Source: Selaginella moellendorffii
Taxonomy: Eukaryota > Plantae > Lycopodiophyta
NCBI RefSeq assembly: GCF_000143415.4
Contig: NW_003314335.1
Location: forward strand, 340,113 to 404,112
DNA length: 64,000 nt
Direction of reading: 5' to 3'
The position numbers and the translations under genes were made by a program. The notes below the pieces were generated by a model, which worked only from the letters and a program-made list of their open reading frames with translations, did no database searches and had not been told where the DNA came from. Positions 12,480-26,400 of the stretch are shown here, in pieces. Positions within the stretch are counted from its first letter, which is position 1; each line of letters starts with the position of its first letter.

Positions 12480-15178
12480 AACGTTTTGATCACTAGAGCC
12501 ATTTAATTATGACATGTATGGATGGACATTGGGATTAGGTTTTTGGATTAGATTCCATAAAAGTAGGGTTTTGAGGACTTTGTACTTAGAGTATTCAATA
12601 TAAAACCATTTTTCTTTTCCAGTGTTTTAATATTTTAGTTTCGTTGTTTTCCCTTCTCTCAGAATGAGTTCTTAACAATTTAAACACTTCGATATCAATG
12701 GTTTTTGATACTCTGCCAAAGTAATTTCAAGTATTAAAACAATCTAATATAACACTCCTAGGCTTTCACCCTAGATTGTTCTCCTTGGGCATTTGCCAAT
12801 ACCATAAGGTTCCTACCTTGTTTATGCAAGGCTATCACAAACTAATTAAATCAATCCATCCTAAAGATCATGTCAAATCCCACCATGTTCAACACGGTAA
12901 AATCTATATCTACTTTCTATGTCTATACTTCAACTCTTGCTTATTGAAATACCTCATTAGTGCTTTAGGTACCTTGAACAAACTCCATAGTTTTTGGTTC
13001 ACCTAGCCGCTGCACTATTAGTTCGGCTGCCAGACTATGTATGCAATCACAAAATTATCCGAAGCACCTGTGTTAATAAGGATCTTAACAAAGTAACCTT
13101 TAAGCTTCCTTTAGAGGGTTAGTAGATGTCGCAAATGACTCTTTACCAAAGTTGCTCATGTAATAAGTAATTTTGAGCTAAGGACTACATCACATACCTC
13201 AATTTGGATTTCACCTGACTTAATGGCTATATTGACTTTAGCCTTCTTTGGGTAAGTACATTCCCTTGAAAAATGTCTTGCTTCACCATAGTTGAAGCAT
13301 ATATTGTTTCCCACGCTACTAGCAGACTTGACTTTTTTATCCGTGGGTTTGTCCTTTTTGGCTTGACTCCCCTATATACTTGCTTGCTGGCCATTGGTTT
13401 TGCCTTTTCAGATCCCTAATTCATTCTTAAAGAAACTAATTTTGAATTTCCCTTTGCTATATGTCCCCTTTGGTTTGGCTTTTTTGCTAAATGTGGGCTT
13501 TGACCCTATTGTGTTCCCTTTTTGCAGGTTATCATTGAAATGCACCTTGATAGTTGCATTCAATTCTTCCTTGTAGTTGGTCGGGTTCCAACACATCACT
13601 TCGCCTTGAGCCCAGGTCTGCAAACCTGATATGAAGGCATGGAATGCATCTATATCGCCCATGTCTGTGACAAGGATCCTCTTCAAAATGAACACATTCA
13701 CATACTCTTGAATTGTTCCTGCTTGCTTTAGCCTGCTTAACTTATCCCTTAAGTGCAAAGTAACATTTGGCGGAACATAAGTTGCACGAATCTTCACCTT
13801 TATCATTTCCCAAGTGGCTACTGGTCCTTCACTAGCCTCTATTGTTCTCCACCAAGACTTAGCAATATTTGCTAAGTATAGTTTTGCACATAGGACTTTT
13901 TTCGAGCTTGGTAACTGAACCACTCAGAAATAATCCTCTATATCATAAAACAAATCTTCCACCATCTTATAATCATTCACTCCCTTGAAGACCGGTGGGA
14001 GCTTTGATTTGTACTTAGGAACTACCTAAAGGACTGATTCCACTTCAGTTTATTCAACCTTGTTTGGTTCCGCCTCAGTCCCCTCCAAAGGTCCATGCTT
14101 TTTGCACTGCCAACCTTTGCAGTTTTTTGCTTTTTCTTCCACTTCTTGTCATGCTTTAACTTGTGTACCAACAAGGCATTGGTCTGTGCCAATTGTCCTT
14201 CTAAAATGTCCAATCAAGCCTTGGACGATTGAACCTCTCCACCAGACTTTTGTTTGGAATTTTCCTCATTGGAATCTTTCCCATGCAAGGATTCCTCATC
14301 TATAGCTTTTTGTTCAACTAAAGGCTTTAGTTTCGGAGGAAATTCCATCTCCGCCTTGGTTCTCTTATGCCTTATCTTAGCCATCTCCCAACAATCTACC
14401 TCTACCCTTCATTAGAACTAAGGAAAAGTCTTTGATACCAAATTATAAACCACAAATTTTTCATTTTGAATTTGCTAGCTTGCCTCATCTATCTGACCAC
14501 CACAACCTTGGCCTTAATTAAGTTCCTTCACAAAAGTTCCTGCTTATTGTATTAGCTCCTACTTTGTCCTACTTGATTTCAGCAACTCACTATACGAGCA
14601 ATAGAGCGTTAGCCATCCATCCACAGATTCCCAAATTCTCTCTCAATCCCCTTCCCCAAATTAAATTGGACTTAATGTTCAGTTACACTCTTCGCAAACA
14701 CAAGCAACCAAGCACACCAAACCTCTAGGTTTTTAACATCCCTTGGTATAACAAGACTTAATCATGGGACCCTTTAAATCCTAAGCCTTAAGTGCAACAC
14801 TTGCTTAAGGATATTGGGGGGAAACATTGTGGCCTAACGGCCCAATATGAGTACCTTTATTCCCCCATTTCCATCCCAAAAGAAAGGCCCAAACCCCTAG
14901 GAAGGATGAGGACCAATGAGTTGCAAGGTACTTAAGTAGGGCACCACTCCACATGAGCCAAGAGCACTACAGTCTGTTTCCCTTTCGGGAGTGGGAGCTA
15001 CTTTTAAGCACTTCCTTGGGTGGCCCCTCTAGCATCACTTGAGTTCATGCTCACTCCCACCCAAGGCCCGTAAGCCCTCGCCTCAACCTTAAGTCGATTT
15101 GGAAGCACCATTGAAGAGTTCTTTCAAAATTGATTATTAGACTTCATTATCCCTACTATACTTTTGGAACCCTCTGCA
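12480..15178 (-). mobile_element. Degenerate Ty3/gypsy 5' half: LTR (14444-15178), tRNA-iMet PBS, gag, protease remnant
   Basis: TGGTATCAAAG at ~14440-14430 (minus). Retrotransposon gag ORF 13408-13923 (AKSWWR..TWE..LRDKLSRLKQAGTIQEY). Decayed knuckle CFNYGEARHFSREC (~13260-13300) and protease-like LINTGASDNFV (~13050-13080). Left boundary approximate. Confidence 0.8.
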
Positions 15179-15244
15179 GCACCTCCCCCCTTTCTAAGAG
15201 ACACATGCTTTGGGTTTTCACCCCACGACCTATTTTAGTATTTA

Positions 15245-15460
15245 GACTCAGTCTCGGACTCGATCTCATACCTGACCTCGGACTCTGTCTCGGACTCGAT
15301 CTCAAACTTGGTCTCGGCCCTAATCTCGAATCTCGAACTCAGTCTCGAACTCGGTCTTGGACTTGGTCTTGAACTCGGTCTCGCACTTGGTCTTGAACTC
15401 GGTCTCAGATTTGGTCTCGAACTTGGTCTCAAAGTTGGTCTCCAACTCAATCTCATCTGA
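15245..15460. repeat. Degenerate hexamer array (GACTCG/GGTCTC type) upstream of the PPT of the 14444-15178 LTR
   Basis: Visible 6-bp periodicity; same motif family as the arrays inside family-A LTRs. Confidence 0.8.
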
Positions 15461-16599
15461 TGAATTCTTTATCAGTTTGGTTGTGCTTTTGGGGATTTTT
15501 TAGCCTATAACACCTTGGGGAGTTAGTTCTTTATAGAAACATGGTCAAGCTCTTTTCACAAATGTGGGCAAAGGATTATTGGCAAAATCCTCCAGCTTGA
15601 TTGAGCCATTGATATTCACAGCCTTCATGGGATAGGGGCTAATCCAGTGGATCTTAAGCTTGCCTAGATGCTTCCAGTACTTGCTCTCATACAGCAGCAT
15701 GAGATCTCTTGCCTGAAACTCTTAGCTTGTAAATTACGATCATACCACTTCTTGTGTTGATGTTGGAGAGCTTTATGAGCTTAGAAAGCAAGGTGAGTCT
15801 CATCCAACTTCTCCAACTATTCCAGCCACTATTGAACAGCTCCATTCCAATCATAATTGTGAGCTACTGCTGTCTACAAAGAAAGAACTTCCAACTCGAG
15901 AGGAAGGATTGCCTTTTAGCCATAAAACCATGTAGTTACTGTAAGCGACTAAATTTTCCATTCTACTTTAGTTACTTAACCACACCTCTGCCCACTTGGA
16001 GGAGTCTCATTCACAACCTCCTTAAGTCCAATTCAAGACTTGGGACATGCTAGTCCCGAGAATGGCATCCATGCCACTCAACTGTGAGACACAAAATCCC
16101 TAGGCCCCAAAGTAGAGCCGGAAAGGGTGCCACGTGGTAGTGGCCGAAGCAAAAGCCAAACGAGTGTAACCCGTTTGGACTAAAAGCTTTGACTTGGAAG
16201 GTCGAGAGCGGGAGTGGAACTCCCAACAAAGTGCTCAAGGAACAAGCATGAAGCGAGCAATAAGCAAGGCTCCAAAAAGGGACCCAAAAAGGACCAACAC
16301 ATGACACATAGAAGTGTCCGAGATGGAGTCCAAGGCGGACCCGAGTTGGAGTCCGAGATGGACTTGAAGTGGAGTCCGAGATGGACCCGAAGTGGAGTCC
16401 GATATGGAGTCCGAGATGGAGTCCGAGATGGACCCAAAGTGGAGTCCAAGATGGAGTCCGATATGGAGTCCGAGATGGACCCGAAGTGGAGTCCGAGATG
16501 GACCCGAGATGGAGTCTGAGATGGCCCCAAGATGGAGTCCGAGATGGACCTGAGATGGAGTCTGAGATGGAGTCCGAGATGGGACCGAGATGGAGTCCG

Positions 16600-16849
16600 N
16601 NNNNNNNNNNNNNNNNNNNNNNNNNNNNNNNNNNNNNNNNNNNNNNNNNNNNNNNNNNNNNNNNNNNNNNNNNNNNNNNNNNNNNNNNNNNNNNNNNNNN
16701 NNNNNNNNNNNNNNNNNNNNNNNNNNNNNNNNNNNNNNNNNNNNNNNNNNNNNNNNNNNNNNNNNNNNNNNNNNNNNNNNNNNNNNNNNNNNNNNNNNNN
16801 NNNNNNNNNNNNNNNNNNNNNNNNNNNNNNNNNNNNNNNNNNNNNNNNN
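16600..16849. other. Assembly gap (N run)
   Basis: 250 N. Confidence 1.
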
Positions 16850-17136
16850 GCCACATATCATTCTTGGGATGATGCTCGTCGGTTGCGTGACTCTACCAGG
16901 TGTCTACAAGGGATGGCATTGCAATGGTACAATGGTTTGAGCGCAGCCACTCGTGAGGATTGAAGTGTTCTCCCGGACATCTTCAAAAGCACCTTTGGAC
17001 ATGCCGACGATTGTGATGATGCTTTCCAACAACTGCATCGTGTTCGCCAAGGGCCTTCGGAGTGGGTGATACATTTGGGTGTTAATCTGGGAAGTAATCT
17101 GCTTCGTGTGGAGCCTAATATGTCGGAGCGGATCAA
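16850..17136 (+). mobile_element. Inverted gag fragment of the short-LTR gypsy family
   Basis: Reverse complement of 11216-11502 with scattered mismatches. Confidence 0.9.
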
Positions 17137-19024
17137 CCGAGGATTGGTGTAACCACCAATTCGTCAACCTCCCTGCGTATTTGGGGGGGGGGGGGGGCTA
17201 CGGGGGGTTCCAAAAGTATAGTAGGGAGAGTGTGGGGGTTGGAGCCCAGTGGAGCCAGTTTGGCCAGGAAAGGCCAGTTTGGCCCAAGAAGGCCAGACCC
17301 AATGTTGGGTGATGAGCTGACCACTGGAAAGTCCAAGGCTAGAGTGAACACGGATCGATAAGTGGGGTAGCTTGGTGAAGTGTTCAAGAGCCGGCTCTAG
17401 TTCCCCCGGGAGATCGACTGGCCGATGCTCCCAATCCAAGTGTGGGTGGCACTCCCTACTTGGATACCAGGCGTGGCTCAACGGAACCTCGCTCTAAGCC
17501 CATGGCTAGAGCACCCAAGGGCGGAAGGCGAGGAGAGTACCCAGGTGGCTCGCGTAAGGCCACGGTGTTCCAAAATGTTGTCCCCAAAGGCCCAGACTGT
17601 GGAAAGGAAGAGGAGCAGTCCTCTGGGGTAGTGACCAAGGACACAGTCGTATGGTGAGGAAGTCCCAGAGGACCGTGGGACTTAGTGGTCAGGCCTGTGG
17701 GCCTCAATCCAGTGGCAGTGTTGGCAAACATGGCCAGGGGCAGAAAGGGACTTAGTGGGGACTGACAGAGGGATATTGGGGAAGGCTATTCCCCTTGTCG
17801 GTGGGCATCCTAAGGATGCTAAGGAGTGGATCTGAGATGACCACTCACGGATGGTTTGTCTAGTCATGGAGAGCCAAGACTGGGATGCATGTGGTATTGG
17901 ACTACTAGTGTGGCAAAGGTGATTGGGCATGGCCTTAGTGTGACAAGCTGCCATGTCGGTGGTACCTTTGAGTGTCGGTCATGGGATCGGACATGTGGAG
18001 CACTTGAACCAAGTGCAATTGTTGAGTGGCATGGATGCCATTCTTGGGGCTAGCAAGTCCTAAGTCCTGAATTGGACTTATGGAGGTTGTGAATGAGACT
18101 CCTCCAAGTGCTCGGAGGTGTGGTTAAGTGACTAAAGTAGAATGGAAAATTTAGTCGCTTACATGCCACTCAACCCTTGCACTTGGTCCAAGTGCTCCAT
18201 ATGTCTGGTCCTAAGACCGACACCCAAAGGTACCACTAACATATCGGCCTATTACGCTAAGGCTATGCCCATTCACCTTTGCCACACTGGTGGTCCAACA
18301 CCACTTGCATCACCATCCCATCTCTCCAAGACTGGGCCGTCCGTCCACGAGTGGTCATCCCAGATCCACTCCTTAGCATCCTTAAGATGCCCACAGACAC
18401 GAGGAATAGCCTTCCCCAACATCCCTTTGTCAGTTCCTGCCAAGTCCTTTTTTTGTCCATGGCCATGTTCACCAACACTGCCACTAGATCAAGGCCCGCA
18501 GGCCCGGCCACTAAGTCCTATTGTCCTCTGGGACTTTCTCACCATGTGACTATATCCGTAGTCACTACACTAGAGGATTGCTCCTCCTCCTTTCCCCCAT
18601 TTGGGACTTCGGGACGATATTTCGGAACACTATGGCCCTACGCGAGCCCCGTGGGTACTCTCCCCACCTTCCGCCTTTAGGTGCTCTAGCCATGGGCTTA
18701 GAGCAAGGTTCTATTGAGCCACACCAAGTATCCAAGTAGGTAGTGCCACCCACACTTGGACTGGGAGCATCGGCCAGTCGATCTCCCGGGGGAATTAGAG
18801 CCGGCTCTTGAACACTTCACCAAGCTACCACGCTTGTCGGTCCGTATTCACTCTACTCTTGGACTTCCCAGTGGTCAGTTCATCACCCAACACTGGGTCT
18901 GGCCTTCCTGGGCCAAATTAGCCTTTCATGGCTAAACTGGCATTTCTTGGCCAAACTGGCTCCACTGCAGTCCTCCCCCTACTATACTTTTGGAGCTCAC
19001 CAAACCCCCCAGGGTCTACCCTCT

Positions 19025-19094
19025 CAGACTCGAACTCCGACTCGGACTCGGACTCAGACTCGGACTCGGACTCGGACTCAGACTCAGACTCGGA

Positions 19095-19129
<35 letters not shown>

Positions 19130-19555
19130 TCTCGGCCTCGGGCTCGGTCTCGGTCTCGGTCTCGGTCCCGGTCTTGGTCTCAATCCTGGTCTTGGTCTTG
19201 ACCTTGGACTCTATCTTGGGTCCTTCTTGGACTCTATCTCAGATTCCATGTTGGGTCCATCTCGAGCTCAATTTTGGACTCCGTCTCAGTCCATCTCGGA
19301 CTCCATCTCGGGTCCATCTTGGACTCCATCTCGGGTCCATCTCAGACTCCATCTCGGACTCCATCTCGGTCCATCTTGGACTCCATCTCGGACTCCAACT
19401 CGGACTTCAACTCGGGTCCATCTCAGACTCCATCTCGGACTTCATCTCGGGTCCACCTCGGACTCCATCTCGAACTCCAACTCGGGTCCATCTCGGACTC
19501 CACCTCGGACTCCACCTCAGACTCCAACTCGGGTCTATCTCGGACTCCATCTCAG
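19025..19555. repeat. Hexamer (GACTCG/GGCTCG/GGTCTC) plus 12-mer (GGACTCCATCTC) tandem array within A LTR
   Basis: Directly visible. Counterparts at 16320-16599, 30211-30440 and 32900-33430. Confidence 0.95.
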
Positions 19556-22500
19556 ACACTTCCACGTGTCATGTGTTGGTCCTTTTGGTTCCCTTTTTGG
19601 AACCTCGCTTATTGCTCGCTTCATGCTCGTTCCTTGAGCACTCCGTTGGGAGTTCCACTCCCGCTCTCGACATTTCAAGTCGGAGCCTTTTAGTCCAAAC
19701 GTGTTACGCTCGTTTGGCTTTTGCTTCGGCCACTACCATATGGCACCCTTTCGGCTCCACTTTGGGGCTTAGGGATTTGTGTCTCACAACTCCACCACCC
19801 ATAGACTAAGTTTGATGTCCTCATCGAACAGTAAACCCTTTTATAAAGTAACACCCATAGGTATTACCATTTCCATCCTTGGCACCTAGCTAATATTTGT
19901 CTATGGTTTGACCCTGAAGGCTCACCATGCGTTGTCCATCCTCTAAGGGGCATAATCTCTTCAACATAGAGACTCATTTGGCCACCTGGGGTGGTTTGCT
20001 CCCTTTTTTTGGTTCAGTTCTCGCTAAACCCGTTAGAGACACCTTCTCTAACTCAATTCCACCACTCATTCTCGAGTAGTCCCAACTTCTATTGACATAA
20101 CCAATTCACCTTGGAACTTTTAATTTTGACTTCTCGAAGTCAATTTCTTTGGTGTCTTTGACACCTTTCACTGCACATATTGTGCAACTTCACTTCCCAT
20201 CCTAGGAAGCTCCCCACTTGAGGGCGCTATCATCCTCCTTTCTATTTTATGCCACTTTTGGCACCAAGTTCCAACCATCGTAAGTTGTTCTAGAGCTATC
20301 TATAGCCCTATCCTTTGGCTACTTCACCACTCTCTCCCTTGAAGCTTTCACCTTTACCAACTTGGAGCATTTGGGAATCCATCCTTGGAAGCACACTTCC
20401 TTTCTCACAATCTATTAACATCCAACACATTAGTCTTCCATGCCTAACTTTGCCATTTGGATTCATTCAAATGAACTCCATGGCCCACACTTGGCCACTA
20501 GTCTTTTGCTTTTATCCATTGATTGTTGCACTTAACAACATAGGATCACTACCTCCATTCTCGAGGTATCTTTTTGGTTCTATGGCAAAGGCTCTACTTT
20601 GCTAAGTCTAGCGGGTGCTCACCCTTAGTAAGTCTCTTTAGCAATTTCTGCTACGGGCTTCGTCCACGGCCCAACTTTGCGACCCTCCCATGGGTCTCTC
20701 CCCAAGACTACTTTCTTGGACTTACTATACCATCGTATTGGCACAACTGATTTCCCTTTAGGTGTCCTTCCCACTTGGTCACGTCGACTAAGCCACACCA
20801 TTATCAATAGTTCAAATCAACACTTTGAACTGGGAATCATATTCCTTAACCTAAACAAATACCTTGTCTTTGTTTAGCCACAAGATCACCTGGTGATCTC
20901 ATCTTGACCCCTTAACAGGTCTATCAATAGGAACTAGGTCTTTCAGACCCTTTTAAATTGTTGACTATGACCCCGGGGGCATCCCCCACACTTGGCGGTG
21001 CGCCCAAGCCAGCCCTTCCGGCCAAGGATCCATAACAATTGAGACTGTGTGTCCCCATCTCATTCACCACGTCCTTGGTGCCTTTGGCACCAAAGTATTC
21101 AAGTTAGATATGCCGAGCTTTCACTCTAAGCAATCTAACTGTGCATCACGACTCCGAGGCATCCCTTGCTTGGCGGTGTGCCCAAACCAGTCTCCTCACC
21201 GAGAGTCCATAACCACCGAAATATGAGTGTCCTGATATTCCAAACCATCACCACGCCCTAGTGATTTGGGATTCGAACCCAAGCACTAGAGGGTTGGGAC
21301 TCAAACCCAACCTCTATATATGCATCTACGGACAGCATCACCCTAGATGCCTGGTGTGACTCCCCACGCCGGTGCACCAACTTATACTTAAAGCGCATTA
21401 TAGATCACAACTTAGGAACCTAGTTCCCCCACACTACCAAGTCCTCTCACTTGACAAGTTTCTGATCATGCATGGACTCCTCCATGCTCGGCACCATAGG
21501 CCACCCTCTTTTGAAGTTAGCACCTTCAACTAGGGGATTTGTCCCCCTGACTTGCCAATCTCACTTAGCAAGTCATCCGGCCACCGTAATATGGTTCATG
21601 CATAAGCATGAAAGTCCTTAACCATCGACTTTCGTTCAAAGCCCTCTCTTTGAACACTCAGGAACTACTTCCCCAACCTTGATAGCCTCGCCTCATGGCC
21701 AGCTTTAAGACCACGCTTCTGCAGTGCCACTTTAATTTTGCGCGCTTTAGGAACCATTTACCCTTGGCCTTTCTAGGTACTAAGCTACCCAGAATCGTCT
21801 TTGGGAACTTGAAGCAACTCTGTCCCTTAGCTTGCTAAGGCCTCTCCTTTCGCAAGCTTTCCAATTGCTATATGGTCTAGCATGGACAATTCCATGCTTT
21901 AGACTCTTCATGGCACCACGGTTGCTAGTAACAACATACTCGAGCGCCCACTTGATTCTCCACTCCCAACTGACATAACCACCCTTGGTTATGCTCTTTG
22001 ATTCCTATGGTTTGGTTCTATCCCCTTACTACTTGCTTTTGGCTTCACACCTTTCCTTCGGTCATTCTCCTCCAGACTAGGAGGATAGCTTTGCACTTTC
22101 TATCATACCTTAGCAAGTATTTTTAGGGATGAACCTACCCAATAGCCTAGGGAGTGGTTCCTCAATCTAGGTATGCTCACCTTATAATCCCACACACCAA
22201 GATTAACGTTGCTACATATGGGCCTTTATATGCCCATCACTAGCCTTGCCAAAATTCCATCTTTGGCTTTGTCCAATTTGGGTTGACAGTCTTCTCCTGT
22301 CTCCGCAACCTTGGACATTTGGATAGCACCTTCTATCCATCATTCGCTAGGGACTTAGTCCCTTGGGCCTCATCTATTGCCCTCGTGACATCAAATACCA
22401 CCTCCGGGTGTTCTAGAGTGTTTGGGTGTCCCAATGATGGCCTCTTTGACAATGAGTATTCCCCTTTTCAACATTGACTTACTATATCGCAACATAAGCA

Positions 22501-23453
22501 ATTTATCCCCTATAAGGGTATATCTAACTTCCTTATGCCATTAAGAAGTCTTGGGTAGTTACCTTCTACCAGTTTAACAAATTATCTTGCACCTTTTGCT
22601 TAGTTGCCTCGTAGTTGTCAAGTCTTATAACTCATTGCTTGGTGCTTCCACACCTCCATCATTATCTGGGTCACCACACTCCAATTGCATGCCTTCCAAC
22701 TTAGACCATGCCGTTCCCATTTCCGTTAGGATTCCCTTTGGCAAGGGGTTCTTATAAACCCACCAACATAACCTCAAGGTATCACACCTTGGCACATTTG
22801 GTGTCTCCACACCATTGGCCCCATAAGCCTATTCTTATGACACTACTTATTAGCGTCTAGGTCTTTGCTAAGACTAATATGGTTGTTCCTCATGCTAACT
22901 ATTCGTTAGCACTGCACCATAGTGTTTGCACCCAACTCTGGGCCAAAGTTGCTTTCTTCTAGGAACATCTTTCCCACAACTTTAGCATGGCACATTCTGC
23001 CATCAATGAGATACCTACTGTTCTCATACTTGGATCATATGATCCTCCCCATACCTTTTGGGCACCATACACCTCAGTCCAAACTCTTCAACCAATCCCT
23101 TAGAATTATTCCTTGACTCTTATTTGAGTCATCCAACTTATCATCCGATGACCCGTGAGGTCCTACCTTTGAGGTGCTAGCTCGCTAGAATACAACTTCT
23201 TGTATTCAGGTCCTACTCACAAGAACCATTTTTGCAAGTGTTATTCCGACACTTGATTTGTTCTCTTGGGGCAACCTTTTGCCCCTTAGGACCACTTGTC
23301 CATTGTGAGACACAAAATCCCTAAGCCCCAAAGTGGACTGGAAAGGTGCCACGTGGTAGTGTCCGAAGCGAAAGCCAAACGAGCGTAACACATTTGGACT
23401 AAAAGCTCCGATTTAGAAGGTCGAGAGCGGGAGTGGAACTCTCAACAAAGTGC

Positions 23454-26400
23454 TGTGGGGGGTTCCAAATATATAGTAGGGATAGTGGGTAGGTCGGGCA
23501 TGGCCAACTAACTTGAGGCATAGTTTAGCTCCCGCTTGCGTGCCTGTCCTTGTTCTGCATCCGGCTTGGGTCTAAGCCCAAGTTCCATTCCATGCTAGCT
23601 GGTGGAGTACCCATATCCTCACGTTAGGCCACCAGTATGCTAAAATAGCGCCAGACTCTATTTGGCTCCGTTTTGCGTGCTAGTCCTGGCATTGGGATGC
23701 TGGTTGCTCCAGGACTGTTCCAAGTCGCTCCGGGCCCCTATCCCTTCGCTCCTTGGGCTGTATGCTCGGGAGTTGCTCCATGGTTCGGTTCCATCACTCC
23801 TTGGCTCCATGCTTGGGAGTTTGGCACCGTTCGTTCGTTCAGTGGCCCAAGGCCCTGAACCTCAGGTTCCTATGGACATGTGGCATGGACACGTGGCATG
23901 TGACACGTGGCATCTATCACGTGGCACAAAGAGGGTTTAGGTTCCGCTTCGTGGTGTTATCCTATGGTAAATCACCATAGGATAAAGGGTCAAAACCACG
24001 TGTGCTACATTTGGTATCAGAGGATGAGTCTCGGCGAGTACTATCCAACGAGATTGGGCAACTAGTCTCGTTGCATACGCAGAGATGAAAACGATGATCC
24101 GAGTGGGTACACATTTTGGTGCAAAGACTTCGCATTGGTTCCTTGGGATAGATTTTGGTTATCTCTGTGTTCCATAATATGTGAGCTTGCTCTTGGGCTC
24201 ATAGGGTGGACTAAGTTGTTCCGTTACACGAGTTTGCGCTTAGGCTCGTGAGTGAGGCGCATTAGCAACTCAAGGTTACACTTTGAGTTGGCAGGATTAA
24301 TGTTAGCCTATCAGTGGTTCCATGAGTTGTTCCATGTACCATGAGTGAAAGCAAACCTCCCTGGGTTTGCTATGAGTGGCAAATAGACTGGTCCATAGCT
24401 GTTTAGCACGGCACTAGTGGATCCTTCCTAGGCATGATTATAAGTGGATCAATCAAGACTATAGGGATTAATTTATTGGTTCAAGTAATCATGGCCGTGC
24501 TCTCTCATAAACTTTTCTTCGATTGAGCTGAAGGCAGTGCAAAAGCAAGCTTGAGGTTTGGTCAAAGATGAGACCAAAAAGAGAGTCATCGTGGATGGAG
24601 GATCAAATATGTAAATCATCTTCTCTTTTGGAGAAATGATTCGCAACGAGGTGTTAACTCATTGCTTGTATTCACATCATGCAATCAAGAGTCCCTATCT
24701 TGATGCATGTTGGAGATGGTGGTCTTACAATGGTGAGTTGTGGGATGGATAGTGGTGAAGTGCTATACCATTTTGTCTAAGCTTGCTATTGGAAGACTTG
24801 GGTTGCAATGCTCAATTCTTTTCCGGGGAACCTTGCTATTGCTCCTTGAGTAGCTTGGTGTTGGATTAGTGTTGAGTTTGGTCGAAAAGAGAATGGCATG
24901 AGCTTGTCCGTGTTGTGAACAAAAGTTAGTGATGTTGGGTGTTGTAAATCTCTGTCGGTGGAGTGTGGCATTTATGTTGCATTTTGTCGAATTCAGTTGG
25001 CACTTGATACTCACATAAACCTTTGAAGTAATGACATTGGCATTGCTCGTGGTGTTGCTCAATTGATGATCAAGTCATTGTGATTTCTATATCATATCCA
25101 TGTGATAATGAGCAATGTGTTTACGAAGTTGCTTGGTTAAATGATGATCAACCCCAAAGTGGTTGATGGAAAAGCTAGTCTTCTTGCATGAAGTAGCATT
25201 GTGGTAGCTTTGACTGGATTCTCGATAGTGGTTCATTATGCTAAGCTTAAGGTGGTACCTTGTTTCCTTGAGGGTTTGCCCATAAGGTGTTGGGAATGGG
25301 TTGTAGCATTAATTTGCTATAGCTCATCTGTTGATCCGTTAGCACTTGGAGTAGATTATTGGATGGAGAAGGTGTGAGGTTGATGCATTGACATCGCTAG
25401 CACTTGTGTTAGTGGAAATGGCATTGTTGATTCGAGTGATGAGGAATTTTCCTTAGAGCTTGATTTTCCATGTCATTTTTCTTGTTAGTGTTTTGGCTTC
25501 ACATTGGATCTTGAAGGTGGTTGAGGAAGAGTGTTAGTGCAATGTGGATATCCGACAATGTGGTCTTTGTGATCAAGCCTTGGATATTCATTTTACACTT
25601 TGCAGATGTCGGTGTTGGATATCGATTAGATGGGCAAAGATGTTCGATGCTTAAGCATATTGTTGGACATGAGAATTTGTGTTGAGGTGAACTTATGTGA
25701 AGTTGTTTGTAGGAGGAAGTTGGTTGAGTCTTGAAAGTTTGCAATCCTAGATTGAGAGTCATTCTTTCTCTAGGATGGAAATTTTCCACAAATTTTCTTA
25801 GGCTTTTTCAATGGCTGATCTGTTAATCACTTTGCCCGAAAACCATTCCGTTTTCGAAAGCCAATACAAACTAGTGAAAGGGTTGGAGTTGACTTTAGTT
25901 GGCTTAGACTTTAGTAAATTGTTTGTATGATACAGCCCGAAAGGGATGCTAACTTTTGGGGCTAAGGCAATTGAGTTGGATAGAGTCTGGAGTTGGTGTA
26001 GAAAAGTGGCTGTTGCACTTTTCTAAGAAGGGTGACTTTTGTGCTTTTCTTTTATAGCATTATGCTCGGTAGCAGGTTGCACCTTGCATTTTGTTAAGAC
26101 TCTATGAGAGTAGTGGGCTCTCACTGATCTTGACTTGGTCTTGGTGGCCCTGTGCCTTGGCTAAGGATGGTGATGTCCAACTTAGTTGTTTGAGGTTGAG
26201 ATGTTGGTACCCGTACTATAGCTTTGTCTATAAGGAGGTTGTGTACCGATATGAGTCCATCTTATGGTCTTCACTTTAGTTTCGACTGAGTGTTGATTGT
26301 ATAAACTAGCCTTTTCAAAGGCATGCTCAAAGCTAGTGGCTAAATGTTTTAGTGAGCTTATTGCGGTTGAGTTGGATTCGAGTGGTCATTTAGTTTGTGC

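Larger units (their letters stand above)
16083..18163 (+). mobile_element. A-family LTR sequence inserted in opposite orientation into the 3' LTR of element A (spans gap 16600-16849)
   Basis: Starts TGTGAGACAC at 16083 and ends GTCGCTTACA at 18163. The right part is a short LTR form (17199-18163) preceded by a poly-G tract. Confidence 0.75.

Noticed and set aside
18928-19809. Long ORFs with SD, LG, TR or RP dipeptide repeats (also 16050-16963, 30108-30666, 32744-33672, 15130-15456)
   Set aside because: Products of stop-free 6/12-bp tandem arrays inside LTRs, open in several frames on both strands; some run through N gaps.
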